Assembly (NCBI GenBank): GCA_951406725.2
Contig: OX597836.1
Coordinates: 30,318,001 to 30,382,000 of the forward strand
DNA: 64,000 bases
Direction: 5' to 3'
From: Octopus vulgaris
Taxonomy: Eukaryota
Made by a program: the position numbers and the translations under genes. Shown here in pieces: positions 51,195 to 62,959 of the stretch (position 1 is the stretch's first letter; every line of letters starts with the position of its first letter). The notes below the pieces were generated by a model, which had not been told where the DNA came from, made no database searches, and worked only from the letters and a program-made list of their open reading frames with translations.

Positions 51195-51420
51195 ATGGAT
51201 TTTTCAAGTCAAGCAAAACAGCAGGAGACCTAGGGGTAGACCAAGAATGAGGCATTTGGATAATATCCACAGTCTCAGTCAGTCGCACTTGGGAATCGAG
51301 CCAAAAAGTGTAATGACAGTTGTTTCTGATAGGACCCCAAAGAGGTGATGCCTGAGGACTCTATTCCCAGGACCCTCCCAAAAGTAGTGTGCAGAGAAGT
51401 TGGATAGGTGGATGGGTGGA
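51195..51420 (+). mobile_element. Expander/Rex3-like RTE 3' fragment
   Basis: RPRGRPRMRHLDNIHSLSQSHLGIEP; ends in a degenerate (GGAT)n tail. Confidence 0.55.
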
Positions 51421-51446
51421 TATATTCTTGCACAACACAGAACAAA

Positions 51447-51792
51447 GTTAAGTTAAGTTAAGTTAAGTTAGTTAGGTTAAGTTAATTTTTTGGCTCAAAA
51501 AGCAAAAAGCAAGGCCATGTAGGGGGACATGGAGTTATGTACAGGGAGGGTGTTCATGCAAAGAGTTCAGGCCATTTCTGGTCAAGAGAGACTTTGAACC
51601 GAGCAGTCGTCGGCATCTTCACTATCTTGTCTGGCAGCTTATTCCACGGATCTGCAACCCAGACGGAGAAAGCCCCTCTCCTTCGATTGAGATGAAATCA
51701 TCAGAGATAGAGCTTTTTGGAGTAACCCCGCAGCCGACGCTCTGGAGCAGGTGTGAAGAACAGCTCTTTCGAGAGGTTACACTTTCCGCTTA
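51447..51792 (-). mobile_element. CR1-clade LINE 3' end with (CTTAA)n tail
   Basis: Minus strand: RLRGYSKKLYL..FHLNRRRGAFSVWVADPWNKLPDKIVKMPTTARFKVSLD; (ttaag)n at 51447-51485. Confidence 0.85.
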
Positions 51793-53279
51793 ACTCCCAT
51801 AACAAAGCAACACTGCTGTGGAATCCAAACACAATCCTACAACTCCAAGCAACTATATTGTACACACATGAGGAGCACAGAGGTGCAGTAAATAACATTT
51901 ATGAAGCTGATAACCAACTACTGCCACCACCACCACCACCACTACCATCACTGCCACCATCACTACTACTACTACTACTACTACTACTAGTAGTACTACT
52001 ACTACAGCTGCTACTGCAGCAAAATCCTCAATACAAAGTAAGGACAAATATGGACAGTATAACACGTCTTTTTATAGAAGGGACAAAAACACATGTTTCG
52101 ATTCAATAGGAGGCATAAAGCATTCACAACATCAATACTAATGTAACAGAACAGCAACAACAATAATAATAATTCAGTTATATTAAATTGATTCCAAATA
52201 TGAATTAGTTTACTGCTAAAAATTTCTAACACTGCTCTATCAGAAAAATCAAAATAAAATTTTTTTTTCAAGTTCTAGAAGAAGAATCTAAAAAATATAT
52301 TCAATTAAACATCAGTATGTCAATAATGTATGTATGTATGTGTGTGTGTGTGTGTACACGTGTACGTATGTATGTATGTATGTATGTATGTATGTGTGTG
52401 TGTGTGTGTGTACGTGTACATGTGTACGTATGTATGTATGTATGTATGTATGAATGAATGTATGTATACACACACAAGTATATAATTCTTAAGAAATAAT
52501 CAATTACTAGAAAATATTTTAATCAAGTATTAATTGTATAAATACCGCAAAAGATAAGCAGTAATCATTAAAATTAATGATGAAGAAGAAAAAAAGAAAT
52601 AAAAATCATGGATAAATGTTTATCAGTGCATGTGTAAGAGAACTTGTATATGGAAATACGTTTATAAGAAATGAAAGAGAGAGAGAGAAAGAAAGAATAT
52701 ATAAGAATAAGTGTGAGACAGCTGGTGTATGAATTGTAAACCGAAGTTGACATTTCAAGTCAATACTAACTGAACAGACCTAGGATCCAAGAAAATCTCT
52801 GTGATTTCCCACCATCTTTTCAGGTGTATAGTCGAAGACTACATTACACCCTTTGGTATTACTGGATGTCTGTTTGCGAAGAGAATAAAGAATTAAACAA
52901 GACATTCATGTCTGTATGTGTGGGCAAGGTTGATATCATTTGCAACTCATTTATGGAAATGTTCTGTAGTTTTTTGCCTCAGGTCAGCCCTGATTGAAAA
53001 GGTTTATGATCAAAAGGATTATGCAAATCCAAGAACAAAAAAAGAAAAGAAAAGAAAAAATAGTCAATTAGATGTACACAGTGAATGTATTAGAGTGATG
53101 CTCAAAGAGTACAAATGATGTTTTGTGCATGGCTCTTCATCAGATAGAGAAAAAAGGCCAGAGAAGAAGAAAAGGAAGGCACAGATAGCCCAGAGAAAAA
53201 CCTGTTGTTACATGGTCATATAGCACATGGCCATATAGCACTCAGTCATAAAAATTATGCCAAACAGACCTCACTGGTG

Positions 53280-53475
53280 CTGGTGCCACATAAAAAGCAT
53301 TCAGCTTTCTCTATAAAGTGGTTGGCAGTAGGGAGGGCTTCCAGCTGTAAAAAACCATGCCAAAATAGACAGTGGAGTTTGGAGCAGTCCTTGTGCTTTT
53401 TAGATCCTGTCAAACCATCCAACCCATGTCAGCATGGAAGACCGATATTAAATGATGCTGCTGATGATGATGATG
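53280..53475 (+). mobile_element. RTE-tail repeat
   Basis: gtgctggtgccacataaaaagca...ccaacccatgtcagcatggaag...(GAT)n. Confidence 0.7.
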
Positions 53476-53494
53476 GATGGATATATGTATCCAT

Positions 53495-53700
53495 GATAGA
53501 TTGTTAGCTCCTACATGCATTTTTTTCTCTCCCTGTTTCTCTCCTTGCTTTTTTCTGTGTATCTTTCTGTCAAAGAGCGTAGGCTCGAAACCTAAAAGAC
53601 TTTTTCTATTTCTATTCCTGAGCGCTATGCTAATACATTTGTTTGTTTGTACTCCACCTGCCTTCGTCTTTTGTTTATTTTCATAAACTTTCCCTTTATT
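53495..53700 (+). repeat. Second copy of the hammerhead-motif repeat
   Basis: Homologous to 3545-3735; motif at 53562-53599 more mutated (ctgtcaaa, gaaacct). Confidence 0.6.
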
Positions 53701-53710
53701 TATATATATA

Positions 53711-54096
53711 CTAGCAGTATCGCCCGGCGTTGCTCGGGTTTGTAAGGGAAATAACTATCAATGGAACAGCCTGCTCGTGAAATTGAAGTGTAAGTGGCTG
53801 AGCACTCCACAGACACGTGCACCCTTAACGTAGTTCTCGGGGATATTCAGCGTGACACACAGAGTGACAAGGCCGGCTCCTTGAAATACAGGTACAACAG
53901 AAACAGGAAGTAAGAGTGAGAGAAAGTTGTGGTGAAAGAGTACAGCAAGGATCACCACCATCCCCTGCCGGAGCCTCGTGGAGCTTTTAGGTGTTTTCAC
54001 TCAATAAACACTCACAACGCCCGGTCTGGGAATCGAAACCGCGATCCTATGACCGCGAGTCCACTGCCCTAACCACTGGGCCATTGCGCCTCCACT

Positions 54097-54137
<41 letters not shown>

Positions 54138-54148
54138 ATATATATAGA
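53711..54148 (-). mobile_element. Short non-autonomous Helitron
   Basis: Minus strand: A|TCtatatatataaaa start; subterminal hairpin cccgagcaacgccggg; CTAG|T end. Confidence 0.7.
53757..54095 (-). mobile_element. SINE family C, tail type 3, inside the Helitron
   Basis: gtggaggcgcaatggcccagtggttagggcagtggactcgcggtcataggatcgcggtttcgattccc (minus); a decayed piece of the same tail lies at ~7170-7290. Confidence 0.85.
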
Positions 54149-54925
54149 TATATAGCTAACAGGTAAAGGTGCATGGATAGGTGGTTTGGGTGTTCAGTTC
54201 AGAATCATTCAGAATTTTTAGATTGTGAGTTTGATTCTCAGAATGAGTACTGCACTGTGACTTTGAAAAAAAACCCCACTTCATTTCACATTGATTCAGT
54301 CCCCTCAGCTAAAAATAGGTATCAATGACAGCTGGGATGTGGGAGAGTAACCCTGCAGTGGACTGGTACCCTGTTCAGAGAGAACTGAATCTTGTACACA
54401 CATATATATATATTTGCACTAACATATTTTTGGGGAATTCTTTTTTTTCTTCTTTTTTTGGCATTTTAAAAGAAAATATAATACAATTTGAATGCATGCT
54501 TAATAATGTCACCGGCATCTAATTAAGTAGAATATATTTCAGGCCCAAAGGCCTTTATGCCTGAAATATATAAAGGTTGTTCAACTTTCCCTTTCTACAT
54601 TGTTAGAAGCTCTCCTTCTTTGTTATTTGTTATTCTATATCTGTGTCAAAATGCTTCAAGCAAACTACAATGCACTTCTAATTAACTATATTGTTCAGTG
54701 AGGAGGGATCAAAACTGAAGTTAGTCTCATCAAAGATTTGACAACCACAGCCAATATCTTGATTGACATCAACTTGTTATATTACAACTTTGAATAAGAG
54801 TCAAATGTAAACTATGAAGGCATTTCAGCAAACTCTACAAGAAAATCTGGACAACAATATTTTGATTCTATCCAATTTGAAATCTAATTGCAGTGCTTTT
54901 AGCAATTCAGTCAGAAGTGGAATTC

Positions 54926-55537
54926 TTAACCCTTTGGCACTGAAACCATCTATATCTGGGCAAATATTTTACTTTATAGGTGCAGGAGTGGCTGTGTGGT
55001 AAGTAGCTTGCTTACGAACCACATGGTTCTGGGTTCAGTCCCACTGCATGGAACCTTGGGCAAATGTCTTCTACTATAGCCTTGGGCCGACCAAAGCCTT
55101 GTGAGTGGATTTGGTAGACGGAAACTGAAAGATGCCTGTCGTATATATGTATATATATGTGTGTGTGTGTGTTTGTGTGTCTGTCCTCCCAATATCGCTT
55201 GACAACCGATGCTGGTGTGTTCATGTCCCCGTAACTTAGCGGTTCGGCAAAAGAAACTGATAGAATAAGTACTAGGCTTACAAAGAATAAGTCCTGGGGT
55301 TGATTTGCTCGACTAAAGGCGGTGCTCCAGCATGGCCGCAGTCAAATGACTGAGGCAAGTAAAAGAGTAAACTGACCAGATCCAGCATCTCATACCTACC
55401 ATATAATGTCATTCTTAAAACGAACAATAACATCATCAAAATATTGAAGCAATAAGATAATGCTTGATTAATTCAAAACAATGAGAATAAATATGCATTA
55501 GATTTGACAGAGAATAGTCTGAATTCTAGAGGATTAA
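54926..55537. mobile_element. TTAA MITE containing a nested SINE A
   Basis: TTAAccctttggcac ... tctagaggaTTAA; same family as 31175-31400, opposite orientation. Confidence 0.65.
54978..55370 (+). mobile_element. SINE family A, full length, young
   Basis: ggtgcaggagtggctgtgtggtaagtagc...ggcggtgctccagcatggccgcagtcaaatgac...agtaaaagagta. Confidence 0.9.
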
Positions 55538-56045
55538 ACTGCATCATCAAGATTGGCTCAATGAAAACTATGCTGAAATCAACAAGTCAATCCCAATAAA
55601 AAAAAATTTTAAAAACTCTCTTAGATTTGATTAGGAAAACTTCAACAAACTATTGAACAGACTACCAATTGCATCTTTAATTAAATGGAATATAATATTA
55701 TTTATAAAAAAAAACCTTATGAATGTGTTGCTAATTTGGTGAGTAATTTTCTTTATTATGCTCTAAATGTATAATTATGTAGATGAAGCTGGCTCTCAAA
55801 TTGATTTATTGTCATACCTATAAAATCAATGTTGTTTTGCTTAATGTTAAATGTCCTTGATTATATAAGTAAGCTGAGAATCAATTTAAGGCCTGACTTC
55901 ATCAACATAACTGTACATAGAACATTGCAAAGAAAATTAAACACTAAACTAGCAACACATACATGATTTTTCAAAGCATACTAATATACTCCTTATTAAA
56001 TCATGTCTCTTCAATAAGGTACCAAGAGTAATCAAATGTTTTCAG

Positions 56046-56267
56046 TGAGAGAGTGCTGAAAAGTTCCTGGCTTTGAGTAAAAGAAAACAGAGGAGGATCA
56101 GTTAATTATGATTTTATTTAACATATTCCCTGCCTCTCAGGTTCACATGCTTGTTGCAGCAGTCCTTCAGTTTTTCTAAACCCTGTAAAAGAACTCAGAA
56201 GGTTGGGCCTCCAGCCAGGCCTTTCGCGATACCCTTAAAGCCAGAAACTTTTAAGTACCCCCTCATA
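56046..56267 (-). mobile_element. mariner-derived MITE
   Basis: TIRs gagtgctgaaaagttcctggcttt / aaagccagaaacttttaagtacccc; interior on minus encodes a transposase C-terminal remnant (QGLEKLKD...EYVK*). Confidence 0.75.
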
Positions 56268-57102
56268 CAGCTTTGCATCCTGGATAAAATGTTAGTAATA
56301 TTTGAAGAAAAATGTCAAAACAAAATATTAAACAGACACAGAAATAATCTCTTTAAGGCCTCAAATGCATAGACACCTACTTGAAAACTAAACAATATAA
56401 AAACAAGAGTGACATGAAAACCCAATAGATCAAATATTTCTTTTCTTATATCAAATTTCATTCTTTGTCTGTTTACATAGTATTGTGCACATAACAAAGT
56501 TAGAGTGACCTTGTTTCTTTAATAAATTAATAAGTTTGCTCATATAAACCTTAATGATATTCCAATAGAAAGAAAATGAAATTTTAATTAAACACACATT
56601 TCCTTTTCATTTTAAATTATTTTCTCTTTAAAGTTTTTTATAAGCAATGAAGTTAAATTAACCTCTCTTCCTGAAAAATAACAAGTGTTTCATACCATAA
56701 GCTTGCACCTCCTAGTAAACAAATAAATGCATATAGGTTTACATCAAACAACACAGAATATATATATGCATGTATACATATACTAAACAGTGCAAATAAA
56801 ATGCTATGACACAGATGCATGTATGCATATAGCCGACAATTTAAAAGAATACTTAGACACAAAACCACGTATACAATGATGTTTAAACAACTATGTTGAA
56901 ACAAACATGAGAATAGAAATAACAGCAAATGAAAACGCATACCATACATAGTGAAAAAAAAATTTATTTACATTTGCCTTTTAAGGGAGAAACGATAACA
57001 GGTGGTTCATGAAACATTATCTGAAGAACTAAATCATGGTGAAACTATTAGCAGTAATATAAAAAAAGAAATGATTATTTAGCTAATCATTTGATATATA
57101 TG

Positions 57103-57660
57103 CGTGCCAGTGGCATGTGAAAAACATTCGAGCGAGGTCGTTGCCAGCGCCGCTGGACTGGCTCATAAAAAACATCATTTGAGTGTGACCGTTGCCAATA
57201 CCGCCTGACTGGCCCTTGTGCTGGTGGCATGTAAAAGTACCCACTACACTTTTGGAGTGGTTGGCATTAGGAAGGGCATCCAGCTGTAGAATCTCTGCCA
57301 GATCAGATTGAAGCCTGGTGCAGCCATCTGGTTCGCCAGTCCTCGGTCAAATCATCCAACCCATGCTAGCATGGAAAGTGAACGTTAAACGATGATGATG
57401 ATGACACACACATATGAACATTAAGTATGAGACGTGAAGATAGATTTATTTTTCTATATGAGTTTGGATTTATTCATTGTCATTTAACGTCTGTCTTCCA
57501 TGTTGGCACAGGTTGGACAGCTTGACAGAAGCTGTCAAGGCAACAAGCTGCACCAGGTTCCATTGTCTGCTTTGGCATGGTTTTTACAGCTGGATGCCCT
57601 TCCTAACACCAACCACTTTACAGAGTGTATTGGGGGTGTTTCACATGGCACCAGCACACT
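57103..57660. mobile_element. Two RTE-tail repeats, tail-to-tail (+ 57103-57404; - 57480-57660)
   Basis: aacgttaaacgatgatgatg then ~75 bp later catttaacgtctgtcttccatg. Confidence 0.8.
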
Positions 57661-58619
57661 GAAATTAATGCTACATGAAGAAGGTTGCAGAATGGTTGCG
57701 ATCATGATGCTAAATTTCCAGTTACATGGACACCTTACTATAGACAATAGCCAATTCCAAATGGGAAGGTTATTGTGATAGCTACATGCTTCTGTGAATC
57801 CATATTCTATACTAGTATTTTATTTATATATATCTAATGTCCATGTGTATGTGTGTGTGGATGCATGTATGTATGTAATGCCTGCATCATCATTACATCA
57901 CTGCTTTACATATTTTTATGCATGTATAAGCTATATGGATCTATTCACATAGTGTCTCACAACATGCTACAATCCTTTGTCATCTGATACACACCACAAC
58001 AATAGAAAACTGCCAGTCTTTGTCTTTGTATATGTCATGATTTTACCACGGTTTTAACAGATTCCCTGGCCATCAGAAAGCTTGTCTCTCAGGACTAAAG
58101 TACTTCCTCCACTCTAACAGTCCCCAACCTCTTTTGTGCCGTGGATTGGTACACAAAACAAAACACATTAAAGTACAAAATATATAATCTAATTATTACA
58201 TACATAATACATGTATTTGATAATACATATATAAATGCAAAAAATACCCTACGCACTGCAGTAGCCAATAAAATAGAAATAAAATTAAAAAGCTCATTCT
58301 TTCTGCACAGCCTGGTACTAGTCCACTGCCTAGTGGTTGCGGAGACCAACTCTACACTGTATCAGTTTTAATTCAGAATTACTACCCTGCTAGATGGATT
58401 GCCCTTACTGCAGCTTGCAGGGACCACTCTCTTCCAGTTTTTCCTCTATTTAACATTGTTTTACTGACTTCCCATAACTAATCCCTTTACACTACAAACT
58501 GTGTGCATTTTATAGACCCTTGACGAACTGCTTAAGGAAATTAGGTTATCTTCATCATTAGTTGATCAGACCAATGAAAGAATAAGATTTTATGCTTTAT
58601 ATTTTTTTATATCCATTTT

Positions 58620-58850
58620 ACCATCATCATTTTAATGTCCACTTTTCCATGTTTGCTTGATTTGGACAAAACTTCTGAGGCAAATATTTTACAGTTGGAT
58701 GCCCTTCCTGTTGCCAACCCTCACCTGTTTCCAAGCAAGGTAATATTTTCCCATGACCAGGCATGTTTTCATGGAAGATTGAGAATGAAAGACACTGCTT
58801 GCATGATGGAGATATTCATTTCCAACAATCCAGCAATGATAAGGCAAAGA
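58620..58850 (-). mobile_element. RTE-tail-related repeat, different subfamily
   Basis: catcatcattttaatgtccacttttccatg...ggatgcccttcctgttgccaacc; similar copy at ~3290-3500. Confidence 0.6.
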
Positions 58851-58920
58851 GTCAATAACATACATAAATATATATATATATACTTTATTTAAAGCAGCCG
58901 AAAATTCAACAAAACCTGTT

Positions 58921-58954
58921 ACTCTGAGTTTCCCGTTGCCGTTCATCGGACAGT
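58921..58954 (-). ncRNA. Second candidate minimal hammerhead-like motif, in a ~90-bp insert within (TA)n
   Basis: Minus strand: actgt-CCGATGA-acg(gcaa)cgg-GAAA-c-TC-agagt; U4 deviates to C. Confidence 0.3.
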
Positions 58955-59918
58955 TTTTGCTAGAATCTAGCAAGGATATATAATATATATTATATATATA
59001 TATATATATATACATACATACTATATATATATACACACACACATAATAGGCTTCTTTCAGTTTCCATCAAGCAAATCTACTTACAAAGACTATGGTAGAA
59101 GACACTTTCCCAAAGTGTCATACAATGAGATTGAACCTGAACATGTGGTTGGAAAGCAAATTTCTTACCACATAGGTACATCTGTGCCTTTGCCATGACA
59201 GTATTAGATGTAAGAGATATCTATCTGCAAAATCATAGCAGTAAAACCATGGCATGCAAAAAAAGATTGGCAGTTTTCTCTGTTCTGATCTTGTATGTGT
59301 CATATGTCAAAGGGTAGTGACATATTGGGAGACACTGTGTTGGAACAAAGCCATATAACTCATCCTGGCATGAAAAAAAATGTATGCAAAACAACTATAA
59401 TATATTATGTAAATACACACAGAGGTCACTAGTTTTCTGTGCCTACAAGGGTCATTGATCCAGCCCTTTCTTCCTAACTAAACCATAAACAAATTTAAGT
59501 AACTGAGATAATAGCCCCCACATATCTAGTACTTCTGTTCTTGATTACGAGGTGAAATGTAAGCCAGCCTGTAAAATAACATGCTGTCTGTCTGTCTGTC
59601 TGCATCTGTCTCTCTTTTTCTGGAGACACAATGAAAGTCAGTACTGCAGACTGATCATAAAGTGGGATGTGTGACAAGTGGGTGTGGGTGGGGGGGAGTG
59701 TTGTTTTTCTTGGAATGCCAGACATTCCCTGGCACACCACCACCAGTCAAACAACCAATCTCTTTTATATTTATTTATCTTTGAATTTTTTTTTTTTCCA
59801 CATAAATTCTTTCAGAAAATAAATATTCTTTTCATTATCAATCCAACTTAATTCAAAACATCAAAATACTAATTCTTTCTGTTATCCAATTTTGATTTAT
59901 ATAATCATTTTACCATAG

Positions 59919-59944
59919 AAGGAATCAACTGAACTGGTGAATAG
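59919..59944 (+). CDS. Candidate micro-exon (KESTELVN)
   Basis: cattttaccatag| ... AG|gtgaga; phase-compatible with the 60402 candidate. Confidence 0.15.
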
Positions 59945-60247
59945 GTGAGATGAAAGCAATATATTTCTAAGAAAATTTGTGTCAGAAACTTGCATCATCA
60001 TCATCATCACCACCACCATCCTTAATATTTGTTTCTTTGAATTATTTTTTTTATTTACTTTTTTTTTTTGGTTGTTCTGTGTATGTGAGAGGGGTGTATG
60101 TGCGCTTATTTATTATATTTTTCGGTATATATTAATTCATAGGAAATTTATTCAATATAACAAAAGTGATAAGAGAAAAGATATTTTCAAAAGATTAGCA
60201 TATATTATATCATATTATATATTAAAGAAAATAATAATAATAATAAT

Positions 60248-60289
<42 letters not shown>

Positions 60290-60401
60290 CAGATGATTTA
60301 TAATTAAGTTTTGTATGTAATGTTTGTTCTTTCATTTTGCTGTTGTTGAAATTATTATTATTACCTTTTTACTTTTTTTTTACCATTTTATATTTTTACA
60401 G

Positions 60402-60519
60402 AAGTCATATCGCAGTGGAGTGTTCAGAAAAACGAATAAACAATTGGCAAAGCGGCTGTATGCATAATGATAATACAGAAGAGAAACATTTTTCTTACAA
60501 AATAACCAAGAATGAATAG
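60402..60519 (+). CDS. Candidate terminal exon of unknown gene
   Basis: Very long T-rich tract ending tttttacag|; non-repetitive, CpG-containing; frames give KSYRSGVFRKTNKQLAKRLYA* or SHIAVECSEK...KNE*; AATAAA downstream (~60629, ~60676). Confidence 0.3.
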
Positions 60520-60950
60520 CAGAATGTGAATGGAAAACATTGAAAGGACATACATTTCATAAGATATGTAAACATTGTGTATTTTGGAATGAAACAAATC
60601 TATTATCCAACATTAAAAAAAAAGGACAAATAAAAGAAAAAAAGGACAAATAAAAGAAGAAAAACAAATAATCTGAATAAAGTTATGAAAAATACAAAAA
60701 CAAACAACCATGAATTTATTGACAGAAACCAAAAAAAAAAAAAAAAGCTGTCGCTGCTTATGAGAAAAAAAATAATAGCTTGTGTGGGGGTGGGGGTGGG
60801 TGTAGTATAGATTTCTTATGAAACCCTTTCAATAACAATATAAAAGATAAACCAATGAATGAGAGAAGAATTCTGTGGTCACTTGACCTACTAAACGGAC
60901 CAGGCAAATTTTCATGAAAACACATCCTATCATCTTGAAAAAGCAAATAT

Positions 60951-61172
60951 TTAACCCTTTAACTGTGAAATTAAATATAATGCTTATATTCCAGTGTGGT
61001 ATTTCCTGCAAGTCACGTTGCCTCAATAAACTTGATATATCTCAACAGCAAACAGTTTCAAACATAACATTCCTTAACTTAAGATAAGACTGGTATATAA
61101 AACAGCTTTCACAGTTTAGGGTAATGAAATTTTGAGCAGATACATATGTGTTTTCTGCAGTAAAAGGGTTAA
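60951..61172. mobile_element. TTAA-flanked (piggyBac-like) MITE
   Basis: TTAAccctttaactg ... cagtaaaagggTTAA. Confidence 0.8.
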
Positions 61173-61614
61173 GACTACATTGTATTATGTGATACTGGAC
61201 ACAAAAATCCTGAAAACAAAAGGATGTAAATAGCCATTGCTGAAATCATAGATCTTACTGAATCAGAGCTGACCTGAGGCTCAACAACAACACCAACAAT
61301 ACAATAGTAATACTGATAACATAAACAGGCAATAAACTAGATATAATTAAAAGTAAAAACTAGCAGACAACAAGCAAAATATCAGCCATCAATAAATTTA
61401 CTTTGAGTTTTCAAATCCTTGTTCAGCTAACAGAATATTTAGGTATTTTACAAAACAAAAATTATGTAATGCTCTCTGCTCACACATTAACTTTTTAGCA
61501 TTCAGGTTACTCTGTCAAGAGTAATGCTTACTTATTCACATTGTTTTGACTTAATCGTGCATTATCTCATATCTTTGCAATTTCAATGATGCGATCATTT
61601 CTTCTTAAAAACAC

Positions 61615-62055
61615 ATTTTCTCTTTGGCCAAGCCTTCACTTTTTCAAGTTCCACTTGAAAAGGAAAGTACGGGTGGAGAGAGAAGTGCTGCCTTATAGAA
61701 AATTTGTTGAAAGGTGACTGAATGTGGCAAAAATGATCTGAGTGGATAGGCCTACTCTAAGCAAGCACCTAGAGATTGATGGAGGATGAGGAGAAGGCAC
61801 TCACTTTAGTGGTCAGGGGGACTGTGGTTTTGTGGGGGTTTTCATGAATAGCTCATGGAAGTTCATTTTCTTGTTTGAATTTCTGGGGTTTTTTTTTTTT
61901 TTTTTTTTTGCTTATGTTATTTCACTTTTTACACACCTTCATGTAACCCCATGTAATATTGTAATATCACATCATATCATGTCATATTGTATCATCATGT
62001 ACTGTCCTCAATCTGCTTGTAAACCTTTGGTGATTAATAAAAAATTAAAAAGAAT
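61615..62055 (+). mobile_element. Tx1/L1-like LINE 3' end
   Basis: FFKFHLKRKVRVEREVL..KFVER*LNVAKM, then UTR ending attaataaaaaattaaaaag. Confidence 0.55.
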
Positions 62056-62318
62056 CTTTATTATTGTCAACGTGGTGAGGGGACAGAATTGTTAGAGCAT
62101 CAGATAAAATGCCTTGCAGTATGTCATCTGGTCTATTACATTCTGAGTTCAATTACCACTAAGTTTAAATTTGCCTTTCATCCTTTTGGCATCAATAAAA
62201 TAAGTACTAGTGAAGAACTGAGAATGATGTAATTGACTTGGCCCCTCACCTCAAACTGCTGGTCTTCTGCCAAAATTTGAAACCATTATTATCATCATTA
62301 TTATTATTATTATTATTA

Positions 62319-62579
62319 CACCATCCGATCGTGGCCGTTGCCAGCCTCCGTGCCGGTGGCATGTAAAAAGCACCATCCGATCGTGGCCGTTTGCCAGCCT
62401 CGTCTGGCACGTAAAAAGCAGCCACTACACTCATGGGGTGGTTGGCGTTAGGAAGTGCATCCAGCCGTAGAAACATTGTCAGATCAGACTGGGCCTGGTG
62501 CAGCTTTCTGGCTTCCCAGACTCCAGTTGAACCGTCCAACCCATGCTAGCGTGGAAGGCGGGCGCTAAACGGTGATGAT
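62319..62579 (+). mobile_element. RTE LINE 3'-UTR copy with short tandem units, within an (ATT)n tract
   Basis: caccatccgatcgtggccgtt twice; ends gctaaacggtgatgat. Confidence 0.8.
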
Positions 62580-62608
62580 TATTATTATTATTATTATCAT
62601 TATTATTA

Positions 62609-62810
62609 AGGTGGTGAGCTGGCAGAATCGTTAGTACATTGGACAGAATGCTAAGTAGTATTTCACCCATCATTACGTTCTGAGTTCAAATTCCATTGAG
62701 GTCAACTTTGCCTTTCATCTTTTTGAGGTCAATAAATTAAGTACCAGGGAAACACTGGGGTCAAGGTCATTGACTAGTCCTCTCCCCTAAATTTCAGGCC
62801 TTGTGCTTAT
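62609..62810 (+). mobile_element. SINE family B, alternative tail
   Basis: ggtggtgagctggcagaatcgttag...gcctttcatc...aaatttcaggccttgtgc. Confidence 0.75.
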
Positions 62811-62959
62811 TATTATTGGATTGGCAGAATTGTCAGAGTGTTGGACAAAATTCCTTCTGGTACTTATCATTCTGATCTCAAATACCACAAAGATCAAATT
62901 TCATTCTTACAGGTCAATAAATTATAGTAATGGTCAAGTACTGGTAATGATTTAATTTA

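Noticed and set aside
51753-52109. 118-aa ORF with poly-Pro/poly-Leu resembling a signal or TM protein (also 5202-5459, 13123-13407)
   Set aside because: Derived from trinucleotide repeats, partly overlapping antisense repeat sequence.
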